From positions 41,728,001 to 41,792,000 of the forward strand of contig NC_058368.1 in assembly GCF_018350175.1 (NCBI RefSeq): a stretch of 64,000 bases of DNA, in the 5' to 3' direction. The translations under genes and the position numbers were made by a program. A model generated the notes under the pieces. The model was not told where the DNA came from. It saw only the letters and a program-made list of their open reading frames with translations, and made no database searches. The stretch is from Felis catus (lineage: Eukaryota). This document shows positions 37,561-51,473 of the stretch, one piece after another (the stretch's first letter is position 1; each line of letters opens with the position of its first letter).

Positions 37561-40253
37561 AACAAGCCTGGCAATGAGAGCCAAGGCCCCACCTTTCCAC
37601 GTGGTCCTCTTGATCAGGAAAAAAAAAAAAAAAAAAAGAATTAGAAGGATAAGAAAGGCATGTCCACTCACGATGGAACTTGCAGCTTCTCAGAAGAGAG
37701 AAAAGAAGTACAGAATATCACAAGGAAAAATATGATCAAGATTTGAGACAAATTAAGCCAAAAAAATAAATTCAGAGTACCCACCCAAACTGTCGTAAAG
37801 AAGGTTGCATCAAGATGAGCTTTGGTGAATAGGCAAGATTCAGATGGATAAAGAGAAATGTAGACAGCATTTCTAGCAAGACGAGTAGAGAGAATTACAA
37901 CAGACAAACAAAAGTAGAAAGTTTGAATGAGGACATTGATGAAATCAGATTTTCTGAATCAGAGGATTTCTTCAGGGCAATGTTAGGGAGATAAACCTTG
38001 AAGGGCAAGCTATTAGGAAAACTGAATGTTTTCCAGGTGAAGGTAGGGGGTATATTGTTTACTCTAACAAAGATTAGCCACAGATGCCAAAATGAATGAA
38101 ACAATTTATCAATTAATTCTTTGAATAATTTAAACCAGCAGGCTCTCAATCCTTTACAGCCAACTTCAACTCTTCAGGGAAGAAGGTAGATCACAAACAT
38201 AGGTACACATTTGACAAGGTGTTAACATGCAAAGATTCAACTTCACATGATCACTTCCTCTCAGATGTCTATTCCCTATACTGTAAGACCACAAAGAATA
38301 GAAACTATCTCATAATCAATGTTTATTTGATCACTGAGGTATACCTTGATTAAAACTCATTTGTGTGCTCTCACAACAATTTCCCTACAGATGAGAAAAC
38401 ACAATTTAGGTGACTAAAAACAATTTCTGCACTAGACACACACCATTAACTATTAGCACAAATGCCTTTCAAGTGTAATCTATATCATATACTTTTAGGT
38501 TATTTCCTGATATTATTCCAATAAGTTTATCAATGGAGAAAGCTCAGAAGATTTTTTATTTAATTGTCATAGTAATTGGAATAGATGTATTGCTTCATAA
38601 CCAGCATGAAAATATTCATCAGTGATATACTCTGAGCAATGCAATATGACTTATAATTCTATTTGAAGTTAAATTTGATACAGTGTAAGCAATATAATTA
38701 AATTGCTTACCAAAATTAAGTTTACGTTGATGATTATGTAATGATAATACTTTGATATAATTTTATAATCTCCCTTTTGCAGCATATAGTAAATTATTAC
38801 TCACATTAACTTAAGCAAAACTACTGATTAAAGGAAAATATTGATTTTATCAAATGTTAACAACATAGTCATTTCTATGTCGGTACGACACCTTTGGCAG
38901 GAGGTTAATTATTTTCAACGTTTTTATTAGTCTTTGTCTAAAAGTATTTAAAATGTTAGAATGAATTTACCAGATTTCGTGTAGCTATTGTTATATAAAA
39001 ACAAGACAAAATTCTTGTTAATATGTATGTTGTTTATAAAAGGTCCTTCATAAATTTAAAAATTATTTTCAAAGTAGATAAATTCACTTTTCTAGGCTGA
39101 ACAATTACAAACTTTCATTTTTATAAAAAATAACCAACATATATGGAAAATGCTTTTTTTAGAATGCCCATTGTTTTTCGAACGTTGACTTGGAATGAAT
39201 TTATTTTTTGTAAACTATTACAAAACAGTTAATTGGTAATTGGATTTCAACAGTAGTATAAAACCTGATTATGCAAGAGCATAAGAGAACAAATCTATCT
39301 CTTCTGCAACAAAATAAGTGTATGGTACATTATGGGCTACCTCTATCTTCCACCTAAGCATTAGTCCATTAGTTTCAGCATGTCTCTTTGTTTGCCTGTG
39401 CTGTTTTTCATGGGGACAACTGACTCTCTTGCAAGGTGATTTATAAATAGAGGTCTGTAAAATGTTAACATACAAAGTGCCACATTTATTTTCAGTTTCA
39501 TTTTAAATGTTACAAACTTTGTTTTTGTTTTTGTTTTCACAAAGCTTCTTTCTCTCCCCACTATGGTTTGGTGAATAATTTTTTTCTCTGAAGTCACGTA
39601 AATTAGTTTTAATTTCAGGCAAAAGACAATTGCTAATGGCGATTTCATACTATACTGGCTTCTTGGGTCTCTTTTTGGCTACTTTCAAGTATAATCAAGC
39701 CTGATGGGTATCACAGAAATAAAATAAAACACTGAAAGTAACACAGTTGACATTGAATGATATAATTTCATAGTTTCATCATAAAATTGACTACATTTCA
39801 GATGCCTAAAGTTTTAATTCAATACCTAAAAGCACAAGAAAAGCATTACATTCTTATTGCATCATTTTTCGTCTGAAAGGCATTTGAGTCATTCGGAAGG
39901 TTTTTTAGTTTGAAGGAATGTCAGCATGCCACAAAGGCTGTTGATATTCTTCATTAGCTATAACATAGTTAAAATCTAACACCTGCAATAAATCAAAGTA
40001 TTGGAAGATTGCATTAAAACTTATGACAGTTTCAGAGTTTGGTGGGTGTTGGTTGTTTTTTCCTCCCCAGTATTCCAGGGTCATCACTCATAATAGTGAA
40101 AAGTATAGCATAAAGGGGAAAAAATTCAGAATGTTCCTAAAAATAAAATAGAAAGCCCTCAGGAGCCCTTTCAGAACAACAATAAAAAGTATTGCTAGCT
40201 GTAAAATTTGTAAGCAGGTTCCATCCTGTCGGCACAGAAACAATGAAGATGAA

Positions 40254-40302
40254 TTACATTCTAGGAGAAACATTGAGACTGTCTGGTAACATAGTGGCAA
40301 AT
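40254..40302 (-). other. Candidate terminal exon, coding part (unassigned)
   Basis: ttgtgctttgtcctcactgtagtag NAGNAG acceptor; reads (R)FATMLPDSLNVSPRM* in frame with the candidate exon at 40771-40857. Confidence 0.15.
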
Positions 40303-40770
40303 CTACTACAGTGAGGACAAAGCACAACTATTTCTTCAGTGTCTTAAGTTGAAGGTTGTCTGAACAGGGCTGGGTGAATTAAATGGTAGCAAAGGACCAT
40401 CTTTAGAAATGCTCTCTTTAACCATTCAATTCATTCATCTGGCCGCTATTTGGGCTATTGGGTTTTCAGAATCTCTGTTATTACCTCTGAGCTCATAAAG
40501 GCCAGTATGTAATTACATGGGTTAACGGTATAAGTATGTGTACTTTTAAAACATAAGAAAGACATGAATATGAGTTAGGGTGATGACAGTTATTTATATC
40601 TCGTATACATATCTTTAGGTGTGATGGAAAAACAGGTTTGAGGTCTGTTTGGCTAGCTCTAAATAAAGGTGCTTTTGTCTCTCGGGTAAAAGGACATTAA
40701 GCTACGTGGTAAATGTTGGCAGCTGGTAGGAAACGTTGGGGAGGACCCCACGGAGCTCTGCAAAGCAAAC

Positions 40771-40857
40771 CTGGTATACAGAGACTCATCTGTACAGGAA
40801 CTAAGAGTCTTGTTTTGCATATGTCCTTGTTTGATGCCCTGGATATTTGTGTGGTAG
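40771..40857 (-). other. Candidate 87-nt exon (unassigned)
   Basis: tttccctttttagcagcatgtcttttcag acceptor, CAG|gtttgc donor; open in phases 1 and 2. Confidence 0.2.
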
Positions 40858-41975
40858 CTGAAAAGACATGCTGCTAAAAAGGGAAATATATGGATAGGGG
40901 TTGTTTTGCAAAAGCTGATGCCCACCTTGATGGCAGGTTGTAAGTTTATTAACAGACTTTCCATATCCTAAATCAAGGTCAGCGTATGCAAAATCAAACT
41001 CACACCACAGCAGAAATAGGGAGAGTGTTTATTAAACCTTAACTGTGATTCTCAGAGGATGTTTTGGTGTGCAATATGCCTACCCTTTCCTAAAACAGCT
41101 TGGCTTTTAATTTAAATTTAAAACTCAGAGGTTTTCTTTCTTAGGTGTTTATGAATGTTAATTAAAAGAGACATTGGCTAGTTTGAGCAACTATTTAAAG
41201 TCTTTATTTGACAATATTTGAAAGTTGCTTTCCTTTTATGCTGTTATTCAAATTTTCTACTGGTAAGTAATGAATGTGGCTTGAGTCAATTGTACATTAA
41301 AAATTGAAAGTAATATTAGGTTCTCTGGAAATCACTGAAAATTGCCATAATTCATGTTCCAGAGTCTAGATGATTGATTGCATTAAAGCAGTAGTGGAAT
41401 TCAAGGTGAACTGAAATAAATGTTAAATGAAGGTTCTTTTTAACCTCATCAATACCTTTATAATACATCAAAATTTCTGAGTTTGAGGTATAACTAACAG
41501 TAACCAAATCTCAAGCAATTACCCAGCACTAGATATAGTATTTGTGTGAGTACCTGATAATCTCCTAAACCTATCCTTTTCCCAGCTGAGCTAATTTTTG
41601 ATGGAACACCATTGAGAACAATAGGTCACTCAGAGCAAATGAAGTGGGGCTGCCACTGTGTTCCTCAAGCGCTCTCATACAGCCCAGGGTTGGATGGCTG
41701 ATGAGGTAATCTGCATAATAACATGGCCCTAGTGGGTTTCTATTAAGTCAATGGAGCATTGACTCTCTACAAAAGTGCTCCTGGCATCTATGAAGTGGAC
41801 TGGATCTACAGACCCACAGTGCCTTTACTCATCTGACAGGAAGAATTGTGCACTAATCCCATAATTACACCTCTTTACTCCTCCACTCAGTTCAAATTTT
41901 GTCTGTTGGCAGTAAAATAAGTAGCATTCCAAGTATAATTCTAATTAAATGAGTTAAAATACATTGCTCTGATTA

Positions 41976-41977
<2 letters not shown>

Positions 41978-42015
<38 letters not shown>
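41978..42015. repeat. (TG)n microsatellite
   Basis: Direct reading. Confidence 0.95.
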
Positions 42016-42016
<1 letters not shown>

Positions 42017-42889
42017 TATGTGGACTAGATATGTGTAAATCATTACTAACTCAAATAATGAATTTTAATGCAAATATACCTAAAATAATACACAGTAGTA
42101 TTCGTATGGAGTTAGAAATAGATGAAAATGTGATCTATTTAGGAAGCAATAAATACAATAGTCTTTCATGGCATTAGTTTTTCTTGTCGAAATAGCATTC
42201 TCTTTTTAAAGATGTCATTCCTTTGATATCTCCAGTGTCAGTAAAATCATCATAAAAATGAGATTTCAAAATTGAGTTCTTAGAATGATTTTAGAGCATA
42301 TATTTCAAGATGTTTGCCAAGTTCAAGAAAGGAGTAAAAAACAAATGCCTACCACATAAATTCAATTTATTTTATATACTGATCACCAGAATATACATTT
42401 TAAGGTAAAATAAATTTTTCACCTATAAATTGCTCAGAGCACTGGATTTTTAAAAAGGCATATGCTATAGCACAAGCTTATTAAAAATGTGTAGGTTTAT
42501 GTGCAGTGATAGTGGCCGCCTCCATTAGTGTTCCAGCAGCCCTCCAAAATCCTTTATTTAGCTGCCTAATGTGATACCATTTATTGGCTTATGCTAACAC
42601 TTAAATTTCAAAGAAAAAAAATCTCTTAATTTTGTAATGTCAGATTTTTAATTGATAATATTTTGATTAAATTAGGCAGAGTATTATTTTAAATCCCTGG
42701 TTGAGATATCAGATTCATCTTCTTCCTCTAATCATTTTGGAAATTTTAACTGATTTCCATTAGAATTTCTATGGAGTAGTAACTGTCATTAGAAGGCACT
42801 TTAATAAACATTTTAAAAATGTTATTTACAACATTTAAAAATGGATAGAGTACCTATGTGTTTAAACAATGATTTAAAATTTTCGTTTA

Positions 42890-43050
42890 AAAATTTTTTT
42901 TAATGTGTATTTATTTGTGAGGGAGGAGACAGAGGATCTGAAGCAGGCTCTGCTCTGGACAGCCCAATGTGGGGCTCAAACCCAAGAACCCTGAGATCAT
43001 GATCTGACCCGAAGTCAGACACTTAACTGACTGAGCCACCCAGGAGCCTC
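42890..43050 (-). mobile_element. Can-SINE (internally shortened)
   Basis: gagatcatgatctgacccgaagtcagacacttaactgactgagccacccagg. Confidence 0.92.
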
Positions 43051-45711
43051 TAAAATCTTTCATGAGCAGTTAAAACTCAGTCTACCAATTTAAAGAAAAT
43101 AATTTCCCAATGTTATGTAAACATAATGGAAATCTATCTTTTAGTCAAAATCGTTGAGCGCTACATTTCAGGAATATCTAACTTAAGCATTAGCAAAATT
43201 TGGGGCCTTCCTATTAGGGAGCTATTCTCAAAGTCTTATCACAGTATGATTCTAACATTCTATGGATCCGACTGGGATTCTATGGGTGAAAGCCTCTATT
43301 CATTGTGAGAAAACTCCATCCATGAATATGTCCTTCCTACATTTTCTTTGTATGAAATAGAATGATTAAAATCTTACAAGTTCCTAGAGCTGCCCAATAT
43401 ACAAATGCATGTTTCTCTTCTTCTCTCTCTTTTCTCTTTGTTTCTCTTTCTCTGTCTCTCTTTATAAGGATTTGGTTACACACTGAGAGGTGTGTGTGTG
43501 AGTGTGTGTGTGCACATGCGTGTGGATGCGTGTAATCTTACAACATATCAAGACTGACCAATTGAGGTACAAAGTGTAAAAAAAGGACACATTCTAATTG
43601 TAGCTCTTGTGCTAACTATGGGCAATATCTTACACAACTTAAATATTTTATCTAGTTTACCTCTCCCTTCACTTATAAAAAGAAATTTATGTAAAGATCT
43701 TTACATTTTGTGATTCTTAAGTGTTACCAAACAATCCAAATGCCATTAGATTTGTTTTATTTATCATCACCTTAGCAGATCTTTTTATTTTCTCCAATGG
43801 TAAAATTAAAAGTACATTTTCATGTTTCCTTTAAGTCCTTTGGCCAAAAAAAAAAAAAAAAAAGGATCAAGATTAAGATTGTCTACTGGTATAATCCAAC
43901 TTAACATTACCCAGAAATCAATTGAGAACTATACATATCAGGTTCAATGGAAATAAAAGGATAAACCATGAAATTAGAATAGAAAATTATAAAATAGAAG
44001 TTTGGTATGGAAATAATATCTTTGGGGGTTTACTTCAAAAGAAATACCCTTAAAATCTGAGAGAAAATTATGAAGATTACTCCAAGTCCTCCTTGCTTAT
44101 TTTATAGATTCAAGACAGACTCCATAGTAAATTCTATAACTAAAATATGTGAAAGCCAGATGGCAGAGTTCAATTTTTACTGACTTCCATGAGAAAATGT
44201 ACTTAAATATGAGCAACTATATTGGTACATGTGAGCATATTCTGTTCATGCATTATGCATTCTCTTCCGCATGTCAGTGTGTACATATTTCCATGAACAC
44301 ACGTTGAGGTTTGGAATAATGATGTTGGGCCTACTACTTTTGCAGTTTCTAAAGAAACAAAATTTTCTCATTTTCTTTTTACTTTGTGTTTATTTTATTT
44401 AAACACATATTCATACAGTGGAGCAGGTTTGGTAAACTATCGTTGACTTGATTGTCTACAAATACACGGATACCTTTAGCCATGGAGCTGAAGGGCGGTG
44501 GAGGCCCTAAGTCTTCCATCATGGATGACTATTTGGTCTGTCAAAATCTTCAGCAAGTCCTCCATCATTGGAGCTATAATATTGATGGTAATTGGTAAAC
44601 ATTTAAGATGTTTATACTGAAAAGAAGATGATTTCATTCCAACAGCTGTCTGAAGCATGATCTTACCCAGCAGTAAGTTTATTTTTTTTAAAGTCGGCTT
44701 TGCAGAACTAATATACTTAGGATATATGGGGAAATGATTAGGAATATCTTCTTTCTACCCACTGCATTAAATTGCCTAATTTTCTGACAGCTAGAAATAC
44801 ATTACCAGAGGACATAGAAAATAGAATGAAATAGAGAGTGAAACCCTATGCAGATTAAGGAAAGAAAAAATGATCTGTATATGAGAAAGAAAACCTTGGA
44901 GGGAGGAAATAGCTAGATACTGCTACATCCTTTAAATATGTGAGTCAAAGATTGATTTTCTTGCATTCTGCAAAGTAGATGCAAAGATTATGCTGAAAAC
45001 AGGAGAGAACATAATTGTACAACTGCCAATGTGAATTGAGGACTCAAGTCGAATAGAGGCTCTGCTGCTAACAAATTTAAAACCAGGGAAAGGCTCAGGA
45101 GGTATTCCTAACAAACTCTTCCAACCTTTTAATTCTGTAGCTCTGTACTTCAGAAAGGATGGGTGCATCCTCAGATACAGTTTTTATCATGAATGCCCTT
45201 TTGGAAGCATCGGCCCTTCTTTCGTCATAAAAGGGAGTAACACAGAAGGACTTAATTTCTTTCATTTTATGCTACACACCGTTGTTCGCTACCTTCCTTT
45301 ACTCTATTTTCTGGCTCAGCACGTTGCTGGAGTGAAGCCCCTATAGCAGGCAGGGAGCAGAACGACAAGGTTCCCTCTTGGAGAGATGTCACCTAATGGC
45401 TCTTGTAGTCCAAGTGATGTGCCACCTCTGGAGAACACAGTTGTCTGACAGTTATTTCTGAGTCATCTTGGTGTATTTGAAACACTTGATTCTCTTCCTT
45501 AGACACTTGTCAACATGTGCAGATGATGTTTTAACTGGCACATTGTCACCAGCTACATGAAATCAGGAAAATCTGAGTAGCTGTGAAAACTGTGACTTCC
45601 AATTCAAGTAAGAATTAGAGTGCTAGAAACAGAAACAGACCTTTTTCAGAGTAGGTATTATTTTTATTCCTTTAAATGTGTGACTATTGTGTTAATAGAT
45701 AATCAGTTGGA

Positions 45712-45954
45712 TTTTTTTTTTTTTTTGAGAGAGAGAGCAAGAAAGAGCTTGCATGAGCAGAGGAGGGAGAGAGGGAGAGAGAGAGAGCGAGAGCGAGAGC
45801 GAGAGCGAGAGCGAGAGCGAGAGAGAGAGACATAAGCAGGCTCCACGCCCAGCATGGAGCCCAAAGAGGGGCTCAAAGCCACGACCCTAGGTTCATGACT
45901 TGAGTTGAAACCAAGAGTCAGACGCTCAAACAACTGAGCCACCCAGGCACCCCC
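45712..45954 (-). mobile_element. Can-SINE with (GAGAGC)6 in the GA tract
   Basis: Antisense copy; hexamer array 45783-45818. Confidence 0.94.
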
Positions 45955-46380
45955 AGGTTTATGTTTTCATTTCCTTTGTCTTTCTTGCACCATGGCAGAG
46001 ATGAAGAAAAGAATGGTGCTTATTAAATTAAAACATAGAGAAAAATGATAAAATGGAATTTTTTTGTTGTTGTTTGGTATGTGGATGGCATGTACATATC
46101 ACTTAGATTCCATCTCAACTGGCCTGTGATTTTTCTCTTTGCAGTAACAAATTTTGTTTACCTTTGAATAGCCAGTGCCTAGTACAATTCCTGATATATT
46201 ACCAGGGCCCAATAAATGTTTATTGAATGAGTGCTATAATTATTTGTTGTAAAAAATTATATAATCCGTATATAGATTTCATATAATCATATAGGAGTAG
46301 TAGAAGGTTACTATAAAATAGTTTTGCAAATTTTAAAAGTATCACTTTGTGATTTATTATAATACTTTTAAAATACTTTA

Positions 46381-46591
46381 GGGGCGCCTGGGTGGCTCAG
46401 TTGGTTAAGCGTCCGACTTCAGCTCAGGGTCACGATCTTGCCGTCCATGAGTTCAAGCCCCGCGTCGGGGTCTGGGCTGATGGCTCAGAGCCTGGAGCCT
46501 GCTTCCGATTCTGTGTCTTCCTCTCTCTCTGACCCTCCCCTGTTCATGCTCTGTCTCTCTCTGTCTCAAAAATAAATAAACATTAAAAAAA
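46381..46591 (+). mobile_element. Can-SINE (SINEC_Fc/Fc2-like)
   Basis: TSD tttaaaatacttta 46367-46380 / 46592-46605. Confidence 0.96.
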
Positions 46592-46970
46592 TTTAAAATA
46601 CTTTAAAATGTACATGTAGTAAATTTATTTATCAAGGTATACTCATATTAGAATTCATCAAATCAAAATGAGGAGACAAATAACAGCAAAGAGAATCTAT
46701 GATTTCTTCCTTGGACTTCAGATTCAACTTGGGTGATTTACAAAATTCTTGCAAATTCCATAAGTTCATGTTAAAAAATATTTTTCCTACCCAAGTTACT
46801 ACTTTTATTATCACAAAATTGACCTCTACAGAATTAGAAAGTTTGTTTCCTGATTATAATCATTCTTTAATTCTATGTATGTATCACCTAATGCCAAGAG
46901 ATTATATCCATGAAATAAACATGTTACCTGAATTTATTGACTAAAATAATCTTTTCCTAACAACTTTTGG

Positions 46971-47166
46971 GGGGTGTCTGGGAGGCTCATTTGGTTAAGT
47001 GTCTGACTTTGGCTCAGGTCATGATCTCAAGGTTTGTGGGTTCAAGCCCAGTGTCAGACAGCTCAAAGCCTGGAGCCTGCTTCAGATTCTGTGTCTCCCT
47101 CTCTCTCTGCCCCTCTCCCACTCGTGATCTGTCTCTCTCTCAAAACTAAATAAACATTTTAAAAAA
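46971..47166 (+). mobile_element. Can-SINE
   Basis: ggggtgtctgggaggctca...ctcaaaactaaataaacatt. Confidence 0.93.
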
Positions 47167-48059
47167 CTGGTATTTTTTTCTTCCATTACAGTATCTTACA
47201 GGTCACCCTAACCCAGACTCCGTCTTTTTGTGAAATGATACTGAAATGGATTTCTCTCTCTTTTAAAATATCCTTAATAAAATTTACTATTTTTTAAATT
47301 AGTCATGAGTTATCATATTTCTATTAATGTCTTGACTATTTTTTAAACTTTTATGTGTAAGTATACTATTTACCTAATGAAATTGCATGTTCCTAGAGGG
47401 AAGTGAATGCATCATACTTTTAATTTCTCATAGAAGATTGCACAGTTCTTAGATCAATGTGTATACATTCCTAGATATATAGTATCTGAAAAATATCAGC
47501 TGATTAAAATAGCAGAAGCCCAATACATAATTGATTTCATTATAATCCAATGTACCTGGATAGTGTATATAATTATAATTAAATTGACCTGGCTCATCCT
47601 AAATTCTTTTAAAAGTATGTGGTAAAAGCAGTCTGACTCACAACTGTCTACCAAAAATCTACCTCAACTATTACATGCACATTAAAGCGCAGCAATTCTC
47701 ACAAACTGTGGTTATGTTTAACAAGGTTCAACACTAATCATAATTTTACTTTTGATGTCACACATGATGTATAACAGAACTTACCGTCACATTCTTTTGT
47801 GCTGCTGATTAGCAACTTTTATTTTTTCAGGATCATATATATGTCTACCCCAACCAAACCAACATTAAACAGATATTATGGAGGTCAAATATCCATTTTA
47901 TTTTGCTTCCACTGATAAGAATGTTTTTCTGTTGTGTATTCATTCATTTGAAAAAAATCATAAATAACTGATAGACTCATTCTAAGAAAAATTATACGCA
48001 AAGAAAAAAAAACCCAAACATTTGGAGTGGGGACTGATATACAACCTATGTCTACACTA

Positions 48060-48298
48060 GTACAGAATAGAGGTTACAGTATACAAACACAGATGGATGC
48101 ATGCTAGAAAATAGTGAAAACGAAGTCAGATTTATAGTCTAGTTATAGTAATGTGTCAATGTCAGTTTTCTGGTCTTGATATTGTAGTTATATTAGATGT
48201 CACCATTGGGGGAAGTTCAGGGAAGGATACAGAGGACATTCTGTACTATTCTTGCAACTTCTTTGAGCCTATAATTGCTTCAAAATAAAAAAGTTTTT
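48060..48298 (+). mobile_element. L1M (L1MC/MD-like) 3' end
   Basis: gatgtcaccattgggggaag...ctgtactattcttgcaacttc...caaaataaaaaagtttt. Confidence 0.8.
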
Positions 48299-50567
48299 GA
48301 AGGTAAAATAAAAGACACTTATTATTTTTTTAAAAATGAAACAATTGTTTAAAATAAATACACATTTAACAACCTCTCCTTGTCAACTAAAACATGGCTT
48401 CAATTCTAAATATTGTGTTGGCATTGCCATTATAGGGTGAATCTTAAAACTCAAATGTCACTTTCCAAGGAAACCCTTTTAAAAAAGCATTCTTGACAGG
48501 TTAATTGCAATTTAACATCAAGATTGGAAAATTATGGGTTCAAAGGTGACCAGTGAAAGGAAGAAGCTTCATGTGACCTTGTAGTAAGAAAGAAAATAGT
48601 GTGCCTAGGGAACTGACCAGCAGAGTCCCAGATGATGGAGCGTGACAGGAATTTACTGAGACAGTGAAACAAAGGGCTATCCATGAAGGGCTTTTACAGG
48701 TGTTTGAACTTTATTATGATGAGGAGAAATCATTAAAATATTTTTGATGACATGTAATAAAATTTGATTTAAAATGGTAACTCTAGAACTCCGTAATGCC
48801 TCGAAAAGGTGGAAAAAAAGCCAGCAGAACATCCAAGACCAAAATCTATTTTTGTACAGCGTCAATGCAATGCTTACAAGTTATGTTAAATCTCTACATC
48901 TCTTAAAGTCTCATCAAGATGTCAAGATGTAAATATATTTTTGGAAACACAAGTAGAATGTTTACATTAAGAATTTTAAGTGACAAAATTAAATATTTAA
49001 AAATAAACTAGGTATACAAAATTTAGTTTAAAAAGGAAAGAAAAAACAATGGACTCTATTGTAAGAACAATTAAATTTGACATTTCCAGAACAGACAGTG
49101 AACCCTTTATTGGTCTCTTTGTTAACACCACTACGTGAGTTAAAATTTGACTGCGAAAATTAATTTGAAAGCATACAGGTTTGTCTTCCTTTCACTGAAG
49201 CATGTGCGCCATATATGTTCTAGTATTTTCAAGATTAAATAAAAATATGTGCCCAAATTATTTAATATAGTGTCAGAGTAAAATTTTAAGATAGTCTCTT
49301 TCCTTCCATAGGCGTTTGTTAGTTCCTTACAGCATCCAAATACCGATTTATATGGGTTTACCTAAATCAGAGACACTTCTAATTTTAAATTACTCATGAC
49401 ATATTACATAAATCTCCCTGGTAAGTTTCAGAAACAGTGTCTGGGGTAAAAACATTAAATGTTACGAACTTAGGTTCTACACACCCTGTAAAATATATAT
49501 GGCTGGAGAGCAAATGTAGATTAATTACACTACCACATTTGTATCATTGGGATTCCTGTTTTGATTTTCCAGTGAAAATAAAACTAAGGAAGTTCAAAAA
49601 AGATTTTTCTTTGGTTTGGGTGTGCTTACAGAGTGCTTGGTAGTCCTTAGAAATGGCTGCATCTGCAGAGCATAAATGTGTCTTAATTACAGGTTTTTTT
49701 TAGGGTGAACATCTGTGCCCTTTTCTGCAACTATGTAGATACTTTGATGGTTATCTGAGAAGAATATGTGGTTAAATTTGTACCCTGTAGTCACTTGCTA
49801 ATTCACTTTATTTAGTGTAAATCAGGAATATTTAAAGGTTTATGTGTACAACTTTGACATACCACTTTATACTTAACACTGTTATGTTTTCTATAATTAG
49901 TTTACAAGATAAAATTAGAATCAGATCATTTCTTTAATTGAGATTTTGCGTGGCTGAGAAGAAAACTTAAGATCTCTTCCGTTTCTCTTTTCTTTAGTAA
50001 AGTGCTAGTTTCTTAGGTGGAGAATAGAGTCCCCTTCTTTCTTACACTCTTTAGCTTTAAAATCACTTTGGCTTTAAAATCACATGCTATGTATGAAAGT
50101 ACAATGCCACTTATTTTTGAAAAAGGAAGTTATTTTATTTTACTTTTCTCATCATATAAATAATTCTAGCATGGATGAAAGAATACAGGGAAACTTTTTA
50201 GTCACAGAATATGAACTTAGGCACTTAGAAATAACAGCTCTTTCTGAATTACTAAGTAAGGAAGCATGGTGTGAAGTGAGGGTGGATTGAGAATGATCCA
50301 GTAAGAAAGATTTTTGATAAAAAGGCAGGTATTTGGAAATTGTTGACAGAAAAGCCTAAAAATTGTCTATTTCTACTCCTCTGTGTATGACATTTTATTT
50401 GTCAAACGTACTGAAAATTAACTTCCCCCAGAAAGCAATGAAATACTTCCTTTGGGAAGAATTTCTGTCACACATTGGGTCAGAATCAACTCCAATGCAA
50501 AGTGTAGTATAGGACAAATTCAAAATTTCTCCTATGTAGATAACATTCCTAAAAAGCAAATATCTAC

Positions 50568-51053
50568 TGTGACCAAGAAGGCCAGAACATTTCCTCAGTT
50601 TGACCCAAACTTCAGAAATGTTTCTTCCTGACTCTAGTACCCTGACCTCTTTTTCTTGAAGCATTTACTACAGAGAACTTGCAATGGTAAATTCTTTCTC
50701 TACCCCTTTGAGATAGAAATCTTCTACAATCCAGATATGTCTTTCTCTAAGACCTGGAAGCCATCCCTTTGAAATGTAATCATCAAGCAAAAATAGGACC
50801 CCTGCTTCCCAGTCCCTGTAGGCAGGTAGGAGATGAACCTGGATAAGGGAAAATTAAGAAATACAAATGACTTAATCATTTAGACCAACCTCTTCCTTAA
50901 AGTAATTTTCCATTAGCTCACCACTCTTTGGTTTCAGCAAACTGAGTTCAACTTTCTCCCCTAATTGCAGCAATCTTGACTCCTATTGCAATAGTCTTGA
51001 ATAAAATCTCCCTTGCAATCTTTAACAAGTATCTGGTACAATTTTTCTTTTAC
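50568..51053 (+). mobile_element. ERV1 solo LTR (MER67-like)
   Basis: Starts tgtgacc; agcatttactacagagaacttgcaatggtaaattctttctctacccctttgagat; aataaa near the 3' end; ends tttttcttttac. Confidence 0.75.
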
Positions 51054-51283
51054 TGCCATCATTATTTCTTTGGACTTATGAATTTGAGCCATATTACTCA
51101 ATCATACCTTTGAAACTTCTGGACGTGGGTAAATTCATAAAATAATATTTTGCTGAATTTATAAGAAACATATAGAAATGATAATGGCACAGATTTAGTT
51201 GATTATAGCTTAATGAGGGTTGGAGAAAATTATAAATGTTCTCTTTTAATTTTAAGACCATCGGTCTTGATGATATACGATGA

Positions 51284-51473
51284 TTTTTTTTAAGAGACAG
51301 AGAGAGCATGAGTCTGGGAGAAGGAGAGAGACAGAGACAGAGACAGAGAATCTTAAGCAGGCTCCATGTTCAGCATTGAGCCCAAGTGGGGCCTCATCCC
51401 ACAACTCTGGGATCATGACCTGAGCCAAAATCAAGAATCTGACACTCAACTGAGTGAGCCACCCAGGTACCCC
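51284..51473 (-). mobile_element. Older Can-SINE
   Basis: gggatcatgacctgagccaaaatcaagaatc...ccacccaggtacccc. Confidence 0.93.

Noticed and set aside
45620..45942. ORFs with RE/RS dipeptide runs resembling an SR domain
   Set aside because: Come from the SINE GA tract and hexamer array
50050..50083. 17-bp tandem duplication (also a 12-bp one near 59647)
   Set aside because: Common slippage-type duplications with no further structure
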